Source: Basidiobolus meristosporus CBS 931.73 (lineage: Eukaryota; Fungi; Basidiobolomycota). From it: a DNA stretch of 64,000 bases. The stretch covers positions 1-64,000 of the forward strand of contig MCFE01000348.1 of assembly GCA_002104905.1 (NCBI GenBank), written 5' to 3'. The translations under genes and the position numbers were made by a program. Below are positions 40,446 through 51,586 of this stretch, in pieces; within the stretch, counting starts at the first letter, position 1, and every line of letters starts with the position of its first letter. Under the pieces are notes generated by a model that worked only from the letters and a program-made list of their open reading frames with translations, was not told the origin of the DNA and made no database searches.

Positions 40446-42713
40446 TACCTCACTTGTGCTTATTTCAGCAGAGACGACACCAAATATGTGGGTTATTACT
40501 GACTATACTTGGTGAGTGGGAGAGCTTGTAAGTCAAGTCAGTACCACTTGGTTCAGAATAGCTTCCAATAGGAGGTAGTAAGGTAATAAAGACTTGTGTT
40601 TATTTTGTCCCAAATCTTCTTGTTCTCTTGCTTGGTTCAATTGGGTAGATATATATCACTTGGGGGCTTAGATAATAGACAATGTGTTATAAAATAGGGG
40701 TGTGAACACCTTCCTATTATGGTAAGTGTTCTAACTAGATAAGGGCAGGAATAGGAGAGAGGGCGCATGGGGGAATCATAGGGAGGATACTGAGGGACTT
40801 TGGGTAGGACTCTGGGGAAAACTCTTGGGCAAAGAGTGGTTACTGCATTTAGTACTCACACCAAGTACTGTGGACCATCTACACCAATCTACTCAAGGGG
40901 ATCCCTTGTTAAGCTTCTCTGCTACTACAAGAACTATTGCCCTGCAAGGTGTCATCCCACCATCTATGGCAACAAAAGTCCTAGAAGCTTTCATTCCCTG
41001 CTGACAGCAATGGAGAACCACCTTGCAGAGGGTATGAATGACTTAGAGCAGGCTTGGAGTACTACGCTCAGAAGCTCCAATAGACTTCCATATCCCAGAG
41101 TGTTCAGCAACAGGTTCCACACAAGGAGTATTTTGGATACCTTCCCAGTCAGAATTAACAGACCTTGTGGAGGGCAGAGGCATGTTTATTCTGGCAAATA
41201 CAAGGCACACTGTGTGAAGTTTCAAGCACTGTCTAACATAGAGGGTAACATCATCTGTTTAGTGTGCTATTTGCTGGAAGTAGGTACAACAAAGCACTCT
41301 GGGTAGAGAATTATTCAGAATCCAGTAGAGGGGAGAAATGTATGACAGACTTGGCATATACAGAAAAGGATTGTCAGAGATTAGCATGTAGTACAGCTTA
41401 TAGGAAGCCAAGGAATGGTATGCTTAGCAGGAAGCTGAAGCTCTACAATGAGATATTTAATCATCTCAGAGTGGGGTTGGAGCATACATTTGGATATCTA
41501 AAGAGATTCATCATATTGTCAGGTAAATACAGAGGAAAGTCATATATAGGAGAAAACAGCTGAATAGGTAAAATAGTTAAGATACTTATCAATGCACAGT
41601 ATGTTCATGCAAGAAGACATCCACTGAGAGAAATGTGTCTGGAGCATTATGAAGAGTAAATAAAGCAAGGAAAGCACTACTCTGAGCAACATAAGTAAGA
41701 TTGAGTAAAACTACTAGTAACTATATCCCACCACTGGCATTATGGCAGAAATTATGGTGCCAGATGGTGCCATAGAGTGCCAGAACAATCTGGCACTATA
41801 AACAGGCTGGCACTTTGTGGAACTATCCAACAGAAGCAGTCTAGTCTCTGGATCATATGTTGCCAGCCGCATGACAGTTGTCCACTTGTACCATTTACAT
41901 GGTAAGTTGCATCCTGGTATGATCTTGGCAAGAAGTAGTAATGAATCCTCAATGCCCCCATTACTGATATTAATGGAAGCATGCCACTTCTCCAGCCACA
42001 ACATTATATTATTCACCAGTTGATGGACTGCTGGGCTCACTTGGCTCCATAAAGTATCCTTAGCATTTGCTTCAATGGGTGTTGTCTCATTGCATATAGG
42101 GATTTGACCACACTCATATTTGGTACTGTTGTTAGGGGAGATAGGCTCAAAATCCATAAGTGAACCTTTTTGTCAGAGCTTACACTCTGCATGCCATACT
42201 CAGAAGACTGAGATGTGCCCAAAGGCATCATAAACTCACCTGACTCAGTTTGTGCAAGGTGGCAAAGATGGCCAGGAGCTAATATAGAAGTATCAACTGG
42301 CTGGCAAGATAATGTTGGTTCAGTGGTGACCAATGAATGGTCAAGTATGACTTGGGTGGCAAAACACTGGCCATGATCCTTGTAATACCTCCTATGTGGT
42401 CTGCCTGCTACATGGCTCAGAGGCTTGCCACAATAGCCACATGGTCTTTTTTCTCTTCTCTTACTGCATCAAGTCAAAGTAGTCTTGTCCATGGGGCAAC
42501 CAGTTTGACCTTCAACAATGTAACACTATTATATCACTTTTTGGTCAATACTCATGTGAACTTAAGAAAGTCTTGTATTTGAGACATTGCACCTACATGG
42601 ATGTAAGATTCATTGCTGACATGCCATAGTAAGCATTTAAATAAAGTTGTGGCACCACATACACACATATATGTAACACTATTTCCCCTTTGGTTTGACT
42701 CATTTCAATATAT

Positions 42714-44770
42714 ATGCCGCCAAAAAGTAAAGCAAAGTCATCTGGTTCCCAACCAAACACCACCACTGATGGCAACAGAACAACAGCTGCACAACAGCCT
42801 GCTTGGACATTCAGTGCAACAAGTGGGGCTACATCCAAAAAAGGCCCTGTGGACAGTGTGAGCATTGAAGGTAATAATATGGACTCCTCAGGCTCTCAGT
42901 CAAGTAGGCAATTGAGAACCTTGGTGCAGCCACAAGCTGACAGTTATGCTCAGGCAAATAAGAATGTTGCAAATGCAGTACCCTCAGTTGCAGACCAGCA
43001 AGTGGCCATGATAACATCACCACCACCCAAATTAGCAAGTATGTTGTCTGCTCATGCCAAAGCATTAATGAAGCCATTCGGTGCAGTGGCTGATATGATA
43101 GATGTAATGACCCAGAGAAATCAGGAAATAGTCCAGAAACAGGATAAGTAGATAATAAGTGTAGAGCAGTCAATCTCTCAGGTAGAGAAAGCAGTAACTT
43201 TGCAGCAAAGAAGGAATTCAAGTAGCTCAATACCACAGCCAAGAATTGAGCCATGTCCCAATGTAACAGCAGAGGAACACCATACAGTCTTTGAAGCACA
43301 ACAACAGTGCCCAAAGATAAAGCCCACAAAAAAATCTATCACAGTGTGGGAGGTAGACAATGTGGTGATTATACCCAAGCCTAAAAATCAAGAGACATTG
43401 AAGATGCATAAAGCCATTGAGTGCAATAATGAAGAGTGGACTAATATACAGGAGGCTGTCAGAAGTCAAGAATGCCATCACCTTAAGGCCAGCATACCAT
43501 GGGACCATCAGGAACTTAAGGCCCAGCAGAATGCGCTTGACTTGTTCCATGAGCATTATCCTGGATTCAAATGGGCAAATGGTTTTTAGGCCAGTATTGG
43601 TATACTAAGAAAGTATCTTAAGAATAGCAGAAACTATCAAAGGCAGAAGAATAAGGGTGCCATGGCTAAAAACTAGTGGCCTCCTCAAGCGCTTGTTACA
43701 AGCAAGGCCAAAAGCTCCAGACAAGCATCAAAGAGATGTCTGGTAGCTGGAAGAGTTCCAATGAGGGACATGCAGGCAGACATGGATGCACCAGTGCAAC
43801 ATTTATCAAGGAAAAAGTGTAGTACCACTCAAGAAGCACTTAGTCAAAGTAGCAGTGAAAGACCTGGCAGTTATAAAAACCAGCTGCTTTTACAGGAGCC
43901 CATCACAACTATGGCTCAGAGCTCAAAATAAGCAGAAAAGAAACAACAGGTTGCCAGTATTGGACAAGCAGGCCAAAACAGATGCATCAGAGCAGAATTT
44001 ATCCTGGAGAAAATGTAGTTCTTTACAAGGAGCACTTACACAAAGTAGCAGTGAAAGACCTGGTGGTGACAAAGGAAAAGGGAAAGGGAAAAATGTTTAC
44101 CCAAGCCTGAGACAAGGAGGCATGCCAAAAAATGTGTTCTTGCCAATTGATGCTGCAAGCCAGGAACAGACTGAATCCCTTCATAGGCAAGAAGAGTCAC
44201 CAACAAGAAAACAGCTGCTTTCACAAGTGTTGGAAGCGCAGCCAGTTGAGCTACATTCCAGCAAGGTAGATGAGTTTGCTAAAAAAAAGGCAATTTATCT
44301 GCCACAGCCTCCACATCCTCCACTGTTGACAGAGTGAAGATCCCACTGACAGACAAGGCTACAACATGAAGAGCTCAAAAGACTGTCACAATGCTTTCAT
44401 TGAAATTTTGGAACATTAATAGGCACACCAAGAGGTTGTAGAACTTCTTCAAGAGCAGTGCTCAAGAAAGCACACTTGAATATTCCAATAATATATTGCA
44501 AAGACTGGCAGATGAGGAGCTAGACCTTGCAGTGCTGGCTGAAGACCATGATGTGTGGGAACCAGTGAACAAACAGTGGCATAAAGCTGTTGGGTTCCTG
44601 CCAAAGTTGTGGAACCAGAGTGTTACAGCAGAAATACTTATTGAGTGATGGATTTTAGTGGGGTTTCTTGTTGAGTGTGGAGTTGGGCTTAATGTTAGTG
44701 TAGGGTATAGAGACTTGTATAGGTCAATACAATTGGCAGTTGGGATACAACTGAAGCTTCAATGGAAATA
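42714..44770 (+). pseudogene. ORF2 of CACTA copy B
   Basis: Homologous to 22425-24483. Confidence 0.8.
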
Positions 44771-44848
44771 AATCAATTTGTACGCATGAAAAGTAAGAGA
44801 AATGGTTGTGTCAGGAAGTAAGGAGTGTGAAAAGAGGCAATAGCCAAT

Positions 44849-45582
44849 AGACTTGTTCCATTGGATAGTGCCACATTGAGCCATGAGTGCCAAATGATGC
44901 CATAGTGTGCCAGAGAGGCCAAATGAGCCTCTACCTGGCCACGGAGTGTGAGACATAGCTCCACATCTTCATGCAAAGCAGCCCTTGTGTTTCACCCATT
45001 GTGTTGGAGAAAATCCATTTTTTGACCGTTTTTTTTGGATCAAGGTTGTGCAGGATGTGTTAGACCACAAGCAGATTGAAGATATGCATCTGGTACTCAA
45101 TACCCATGGCACTCTGAATCTAGCTCCTGTAGCTTGTATCATGTCACAAAAATGAATGGCACTATCTTGGTCCACTGGTACTATCTGGCACTGTAAGTGC
45201 TTTGTATAGATCTTACTTTAGGGCTAATATTTAAATATAGTGCCAGATAGTACCAGTGGACCAAGATAGTGCCATTCATTTTTGTGACATGATACAAGCT
45301 ACAGGAGCTAGATTCAGAGTGCCATGGGTATTGAGTACCAGATGCATAGCTTCAGTTCTCCTGTGCTCTTACACATCCTGAGCTACATTAATCCACAAAA
45401 AAAGGTCAAAAAATTGATTTTCTTTTGCGCAATGGGTGAAACACAGGGGCTGCTTTGCATGAAGATGCGGAGCTATGTCTCACACTCTATGGCCAGGTAG
45501 AGGCTCATTTGGCCTCTCTGGCACACTATGGCATCATTTGGCACTTGTGGCTCAATGTGGCACTATCCAACAGAACAAGTCT
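44849..45582. mobile_element. Foldback MITE, copy 3
   Basis: 347-bp arms (44849-45195, 45236-45582), TSD AAT/AAT. The empty site 'atagccaatcaat' is at about 24555. Confidence 0.95.
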
Positions 45583-46059
45583 AATCAATGGGCACAAACA
45601 TAGGAGGTGATAGAGTGTCCAGGATCAGAAAGCTAGCAATTTGACAGGGAACCAACCAAAAGTCACTTATACATTTTTGTGATTAAAAATTTGGCTAAGC
45701 TTTTTGTGAAATCTGGAGTCCAATTATTTTCAACAGTCTCTGGACAGTGTCCTGACAGGATCAGTACCTCTTAGTCATGGGACTTTAACTTTGTGACAGC
45801 CTATTGATGGGATCATCTCAATAATTTTTCATAGGGCTCATTTATGTGCTGTAATAGCAAAAAGCAAAATAAAGAAATAAGTGTAACAGTTGTTTTGAGA
45901 TATTGTTGTAATGGAATAATATTTGTTACCACATACTCTATAAAATGGTGTATAATTTGGCTTGTATACAGGAAAAAGCCATATACTTATGTGTAGCTGT
46001 TCAAATAGAGGTTGGTTGCTTGTTGTGTCTAACCAACCATGCAATGCTGTAACTGATTA

Positions 46060-47900
46060 CCCATGCATTGTGGCTGCTTGGCTTCTTAATGCTAACAGTA
46101 AAGGTGTCTGCATGTGTATATCAGTCCTTTGAAATCTCCAACTACTTTGGCTGACCTCATTTGCTAACACATCACATCTGTGGCTGACCTGAAGATAATA
46201 TTCTTGAAGAGATTGGAATTTGGTATTTTTAGCAATATGACTTGACTTCCTATTTCCCTGCACATCTGACCTATAGAAAACTACCAAGAAGTGAGTCATA
46301 ATCTAACATTCTCCACACACCAAGCAAGATGGAGTGAAGAATGGATACAGTTGAGGCATGGATCTATGCCTTAGGCTTTATGCACCTATTATAGCCACTC
46401 AAATTCCAACACAAACTCCTGGTATAAATGCAGTGGATGCATCAATTTAGTATTGGTTATCCACTTCTGGATTAATAGCTCTAGAATGTCAACATATGAC
46501 ATCCAATGCTTCTAATGTACTCTGTGTAGAAATTTCTTCAGAATGCCTCTTGAATAAGTATACATCTGGTTCATCTAGTCCTTGTATTTGTACTGTTGTA
46601 TATGGGTATGAATAATGATTAGTGCTTGAGAGATATACTTTGTGTTGCAGATGCTCTGTAAAAGCTTGCAAGCTTTTTTAGATGCTTCAGGTATCTTAAA
46701 GGGCTCATTTAGCTTGAAATGCCTTTTGATAACTTGGTCATTAGTATAAGGATATTGTTCAAAAGCAACTGCATTGCTCCCAGTGGAAAAGCTTGGCTCC
46801 AATACATTCCTCCTATCTTGTGTATCTCCAGCTTTTGAATAATTCCATATTCTGGCCAATTGCTAATAGCTTGTAAGCTTTGATACTGTGTATGCTGGCT
46901 TCTGTACATTCTGTCTGTGGGAAGGTGATGCTTTTAGTATTGGTGATTGAGAATGTAACTAGACTTATTCAGTTGTATAGTGGCACGTTGAGCCATGAGT
47001 GCCAAATGATGCCAAAGTGTGTCATTGAGGCCAAGTGAACCTATATTTGGCCACAGAGTATGAAATATAGCTCTTCATCTTCATGCAAAGTGACTCATAT
47101 GTTTTACCCATTGCGCTGGAGAAAATTCATTTTTAGACCTTTTTTTTTGGATAAATGTTGTGCGGGATATGTAAGTGCACAGAAGAGCTGAAGACATGCA
47201 TCTGGTACTCAATACCCATGGCACTCTGAATCTAGCTGCAGTGGCTTGTAACATATCACAAAAATGCATTGCACTATCTTGGTCCCCTTGCACTATCAGG
47301 CACTATATTTAGATATAAGCCCTAATGTAAAAACTATACAAAGTACCTATAAGGCCAAGCAATACCACTGTACCAAATCCCTGCCTTCAGTCCTTCTGTC
47401 CTCTCACACATCCTGCACAACATCAATTCAAAAAAAGGTCTAGAAATGAATTATGTCCAGCAAAATGGGTGAGGCACAGTGGCTACTTTGCACAAAGATG
47501 AAGAGCTATGTCTCTCACTGTGCAGCCAAGTTTAGGTCTGCTATACCTCTCTGGCACATAATGGCACTATTTGGCACCCATGGCCCAATGTGGCACTATC
47601 TGACAAAACAAGTTCAATATGTGTGAGTTACAGAGTAAGTCTCCTGCATCTCACATATATAACAGCAATACCAACAGTTGCACCCAGAAAAGCTGACCAT
47701 CTTGCTGATGGCTGAGGTGTCTTCAGCTCAGATTATTACATGAGCTTTGATATGATAGTCTTTATAAGTATCCTACTGGATAGCATACAAAACTCATCCA
47801 GCTATGTATGCAGAATACTGCAGCACCAACAATGTCCTCACCTGGGAATACCAACTCTGCTCTGCCAATGAAGGCAACAGCCTGGCTCACAAATGCATGG
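46060..47900 (-). mobile_element. Third, more diverged CACTA-family transposase relic (copy C)
   Basis: Collinear by eye with about 19270-21150 and lacks the solo LTR. Confidence 0.7.
46961..47615. mobile_element. Foldback MITE, copy 4 (right arm partly deleted)
   Basis: AGACTTA...CAAGTTC ends; flanks ACT/AAT. Confidence 0.8.
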
Positions 47901-48302
47901 ACTGTCACAAAAGCTGGATCATACAAATATCAAATATTTTTCCATTTTTTAAAAATCCTAACCTAATACCTTGGCTTTTATCCCAATCCCCCCTTGTTTG
48001 CCATGTCTGGGCTTGTTGCAGAAACTGTGGTCTCCTACAATCTTTACAACCTCTGGATGGAAAAGGTTGAACTCCTTGTCCACGTTTATTACAATGCTCT
48101 CTCTGATGTTGTTGGTCCCATTACTTCTGATATACATACCTGTTTTGTTTACAAAGACCAGGATTGTATTGTCCTCTGATTCCCTCTTATCCCCCACAAT
48201 AAGTTTGTTATGGCCAAACTTCTCAAACATTTTGCCTATGACAATGAGGTCTTGATCCACAACATCATCCTTGAAGAACTTTTAGATGATTATGGTGACT
48301 GT

Positions 48303-49070
48303 TGTAGTGGGGTCACAGTGATAACCACTAACAGATGTGCTCATTCCCATATTTTCTACTTCCTATTTCTTAACTACACTTATTTTAGTGTTATCCAATT
48401 TGTCTTACCTGATCAGTACTATCCCATAAGCCAGCTGACTATCACACCTGCTTACCTTATTGCATAAGTTATCCCTCACTTTATGTAAGATTACTAGCTG
48501 TAAGTGCTTCTCTATTAGGTAAGTACCTGTGCCAGTACCTGTGGCACATGAGCAACCTGTGTCACCATCCCTACCATTTCCATACCATATATGGTATCCC
48601 TATGTTACACTGGTTTCAGAGTACTAATTCCTGATTGGTTGGATGTGCTGTGCCTCTTAGAACCTTACAGCACCTACTTAGAATACTCTTAGCTCATTCT
48701 GATGTTATTAAGATATCTACTGATCTCTGGTACCTTCTAGAACACCATGATTAGTAATCACCTAGCCAGTGAGAAAAGTATATAAGGGTGGCAATCCCTC
48801 AACAATAAGTCATCATCCCTTTTATCAATATACCAACTTGTTGATTAGTGTGCTCACTGCTACCTGCTGCTACCTGAACATCCAACCCCAGACCACAGGA
48901 CACTCCCAGGAGACCATGCTGACAGCCAACTGACCTTGGAGGCACTACTTTTGAGGAATACTCAGAGTAGGTATCTTTTATTATATTTTATTTTTTCCCA
49001 AGTTTGTTCTTGTACATGCAAAGATACTTTTCTGTCTTTGTAATTGTTGATCACAGCTGCATTCTTATCA
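48303..49070 (+). mobile_element. Truncated LTR of the Lys-primed Gypsy family (opposite orientation)
   Basis: Starts TGTAGTGGGGTCAC; reverse complement of about 12950-13718. Confidence 0.88.
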
Positions 49071-49071
49071 A

Positions 49072-50059
49072 GTGGATGTTCTTATTACAGCCATGAATAA
49101 CATAGAAACATTGCAAGAGACTAAATCCAGCCTGTCCAAGAAGATCAAGATATCTGATCTAGGAGAACTCAATTTCAACTTAGGGATAGAGTTCTCCATA
49201 GACCAAAGTATCCAGACTATCACCCTAAGTCCATCCAGGCATATTCAAGATCTACTAAAGAAGTACCAAATGGAAGACTGTAATCCTGCAGCCACCCCAA
49301 TGGAGACAAACCTTTACTTAGTCAAAGCTCAATCAAATCAGGAGAGCCTGATGCCATCTGAAAGCCATGACTTTCCTCATCAATTTATGGTTGGCAATTC
49401 AATGTACATCATGCTTGGAACAGGTCCAGATATCTCATATTCAGAGCAAACTGTGAGCTGGTATAATTGGAACTATGGATCTGATCATATGGCTGCAGTT
49501 AGGCATACTCTTAGATACCTGGAAGACACTGCTGATATCAGCTTAAGGTACACCCATAAGAATTTAGAATAGGACCTTGTGGGATACTCAGATGTGGATT
49601 GGGGACAAAATTTAGAAGACAGAATATTCACCACAGGATACACCTTTCTTCACTACAAAGCAACAATTTCAGGAATTCCAGAAAGCAACCAACTGTATCA
49701 CTTTCTTCCACAGAAACAGAGAATATGGCAGCCTGTGAAGCTACAAACGAAGCAATGTGGCCAAGAAAGCTTTTTAAAGTCTTGAGTTTATGTCAAGAAA
49801 TGCCTATTACTTTACCTTAAAATAATCAAGGCTGTATACTACTAGATAGAGGTCCGGCTTTTCATGCTAGAATTAAGCACATAGATGTTAAGCATCATTT
49901 TATATGTGAAGCTATAGTGAATAACTTAGGCAACCAAGCTAACTCTGCCACAGAAGAAATGAATGTAGACATAATTACCAAATCATTAGCTTGAGCCAAA
50001 CTCAAATATCTTAGGTCAAAATTAGGACTAGTTGGTATGAGCATTTAGTTAAGTGGCAG
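49072..50059 (+). pseudogene. Ty1/Copia RT-RNase H relic
   Basis: 'KISDLGELNFNLGIEF', 'MEDCNPAATPME', 'TGPDISY', 'GYSDVDWG...TTGYTF', and 'RIKHIDVKHHF' at about 49870. A possible 3' LTR start (TGTT) is at 50060. Confidence 0.9.
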
Positions 50060-50189
50060 TGTTATAAAGATTTGTAATTCCACCAAAGTGCTCACCCAAC
50101 TTTGATACTTGGATCATTACCTATCAGTTGTCAAGAATACTGACCAAATTCCTTGTTGGGATTACCTGGAATATATTCATCAAAATGTT

Positions 50190-51530
50190 AGGTACCCAGA
50201 ACATGAGAATTCTCCAGGTTGTCCAAACAGCATCAAACTTTGCACAAATGCTATTAGAACCTTCCTGAGCCTATTCCATGTGCTTGTCATGCCAAGATCA
50301 TGTAAAAGTATCAATACTACACTTACATTCAATAAATCATTAAGTGAAAACTACATACTCTACTTGTTCTCCAAGTCACTTCCAATATCTCCAAGACTCT
50401 GACAACCAAGGACAGTATTTTCCTCCCATGACAATTTCCTCTAGGCCTCTTGTCTGTAGCATGAACTTAATCTCCATCATCCCAACTTGGTGCTTGGATC
50501 CATTCAACTCTTCACTAAGGGTATATATTTCAATAATGGCAGTGCTAGTCATTTCCAAAAGTGACAGCTTAGGGCTTATGACCAAATGTGAGAATCTTAG
50601 GGATATTGGATGGGATTGGGATAGCAAGTAAATCATGTGGTGTGCACCAAATAAATCATTGAATGTAAAAGGAATACTTGTACTTTTACATAGTCTTGGC
50701 ATGACAAGCACATGGAATATGCTTTGGATGGTTTCAAAAGCAGTTCTGCAAGGTCTGGGGCTGTTTGGACAGCTTTGAGAAATTTCATATTCTGGGTGCC
50801 CAATGTTTTGGTGAAACTACTCCAAGTAAATCCCAACAAGATGTTTGCTCAGAGTTTCTAAGAAATATAGTTAGTGAGCTAAGTGACTAAACTAGTTAAG
50901 TACCTAAGTTCAATCATGAATTCTACAACATTTTCATGGTCTTGGCAAAGCAGACATGTTCAGTATGTTTAGAAAGGTCTTGAGTGCATGTGTGCGAAGT
51001 TTGGGCCTATTTGAGCAACTTACCAAAATTTCATACTCAGAATACACAATGCTTTGGGTGAGAATATTCCTACTCCCTGCATGGAACTCAGAGTTCTCTA
51101 AGATATATAGGTTAGGATCCAAGTGTTTAAGTTAAGGGAGTATAGGGGTGCAGCTACTAGGCTTAAAACAAACAGCAATTATAGACAATCCAGACAGTGA
51201 CAATTTGGGGGTCATAGCCTGTTGTATGAACTTTGGTGATTTTGGAACTGATTAGGGCAACAAGTAGGATATGTGATTTACTTGCTGGTCTATACAATAA
51301 AAAAGTGGTTTTTACAATTTTACATAGCCTTAGCAGCACAAACAGGTAGAACATGTATAGAGAGGTCCTACATGTATGCAAAGTTTGGTACTACTTGGAC
51401 AGCTCTGAGATGTCTTATGTCCAGAGTACCTGATGTTTTGGTGAAAGTATTCTACACAAATCCCATCACAGAGTTTGGCTGGAATTCATTAAGATCTGTG
51501 AAAGATGATCTAAGTGACTAAGCTGGGTGA
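50190..51530. repeat. Diverged direct and inverted repeat units of an unclassified family
   Basis: About 50210-50340 is the reverse complement of about 50650-50780; about 51380-51530 resembles 50770-50890 and 9915-9960/10700-10740. Confidence 0.6.
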
Positions 51531-51586
51531 ATATTTGGGTGTATCACAAAGTATGCAATAACACATGGGTGATAAGTATATTAATT

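Larger units (their letters stand above)
34228..40860 (-). mobile_element. Young Ty3/Gypsy element with gag, pol and an extra ORF3
   Basis: 374-bp LTRs at 34228-34601 and 40487-40860 (13 differences by hand count); TGTG...CACA termini; 5-bp TSD CCAGG/CCAAG; PBS-like TGGTGTCGTCTC just inside the 5' LTR. Confidence 0.96.
31791..41842 (+). mobile_element. DDE_Tnp_4 DNA transposon, copy 3 (full length, interrupted by a Gypsy)
   Basis: AGACTTGTTCC...GCAGTCT ends; exact TSD AGT (31788-90, 41843-45); empty site 'aagacagtctctgg' at about 21550. The transposase runs from the ATG at 34138 to about 41698, split by 34228-40860. Confidence 0.95.
12622..45836. mobile_element. CACTA/EnSpm-type element copy B, inflated from about 6 kb to 33 kb by nested insertions
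   Basis: Left end CCCTTTGAAAAACAATTTGG at 12622, right end ...TTTCATAGGG at 45836. The flanks rejoin into continuous family-X sequence (cf. about 5190-5250) with a TTCA/CTCA duplication. Internal segments 25561-26290, 27025-28033, 31452-31790, 41843-44848 and 45583-45836 are collinear with copy A. Confidence 0.85.

Noticed and set aside
9967-47615. CRISPR-like array suggested by recurring ORFs such as MDQDSA... and MGIEYQMH...
   Set aside because: These arise from the dispersed palindromic MITE arms; there is no repeat-spacer periodicity and no cas genes, and the context is eukaryotic.
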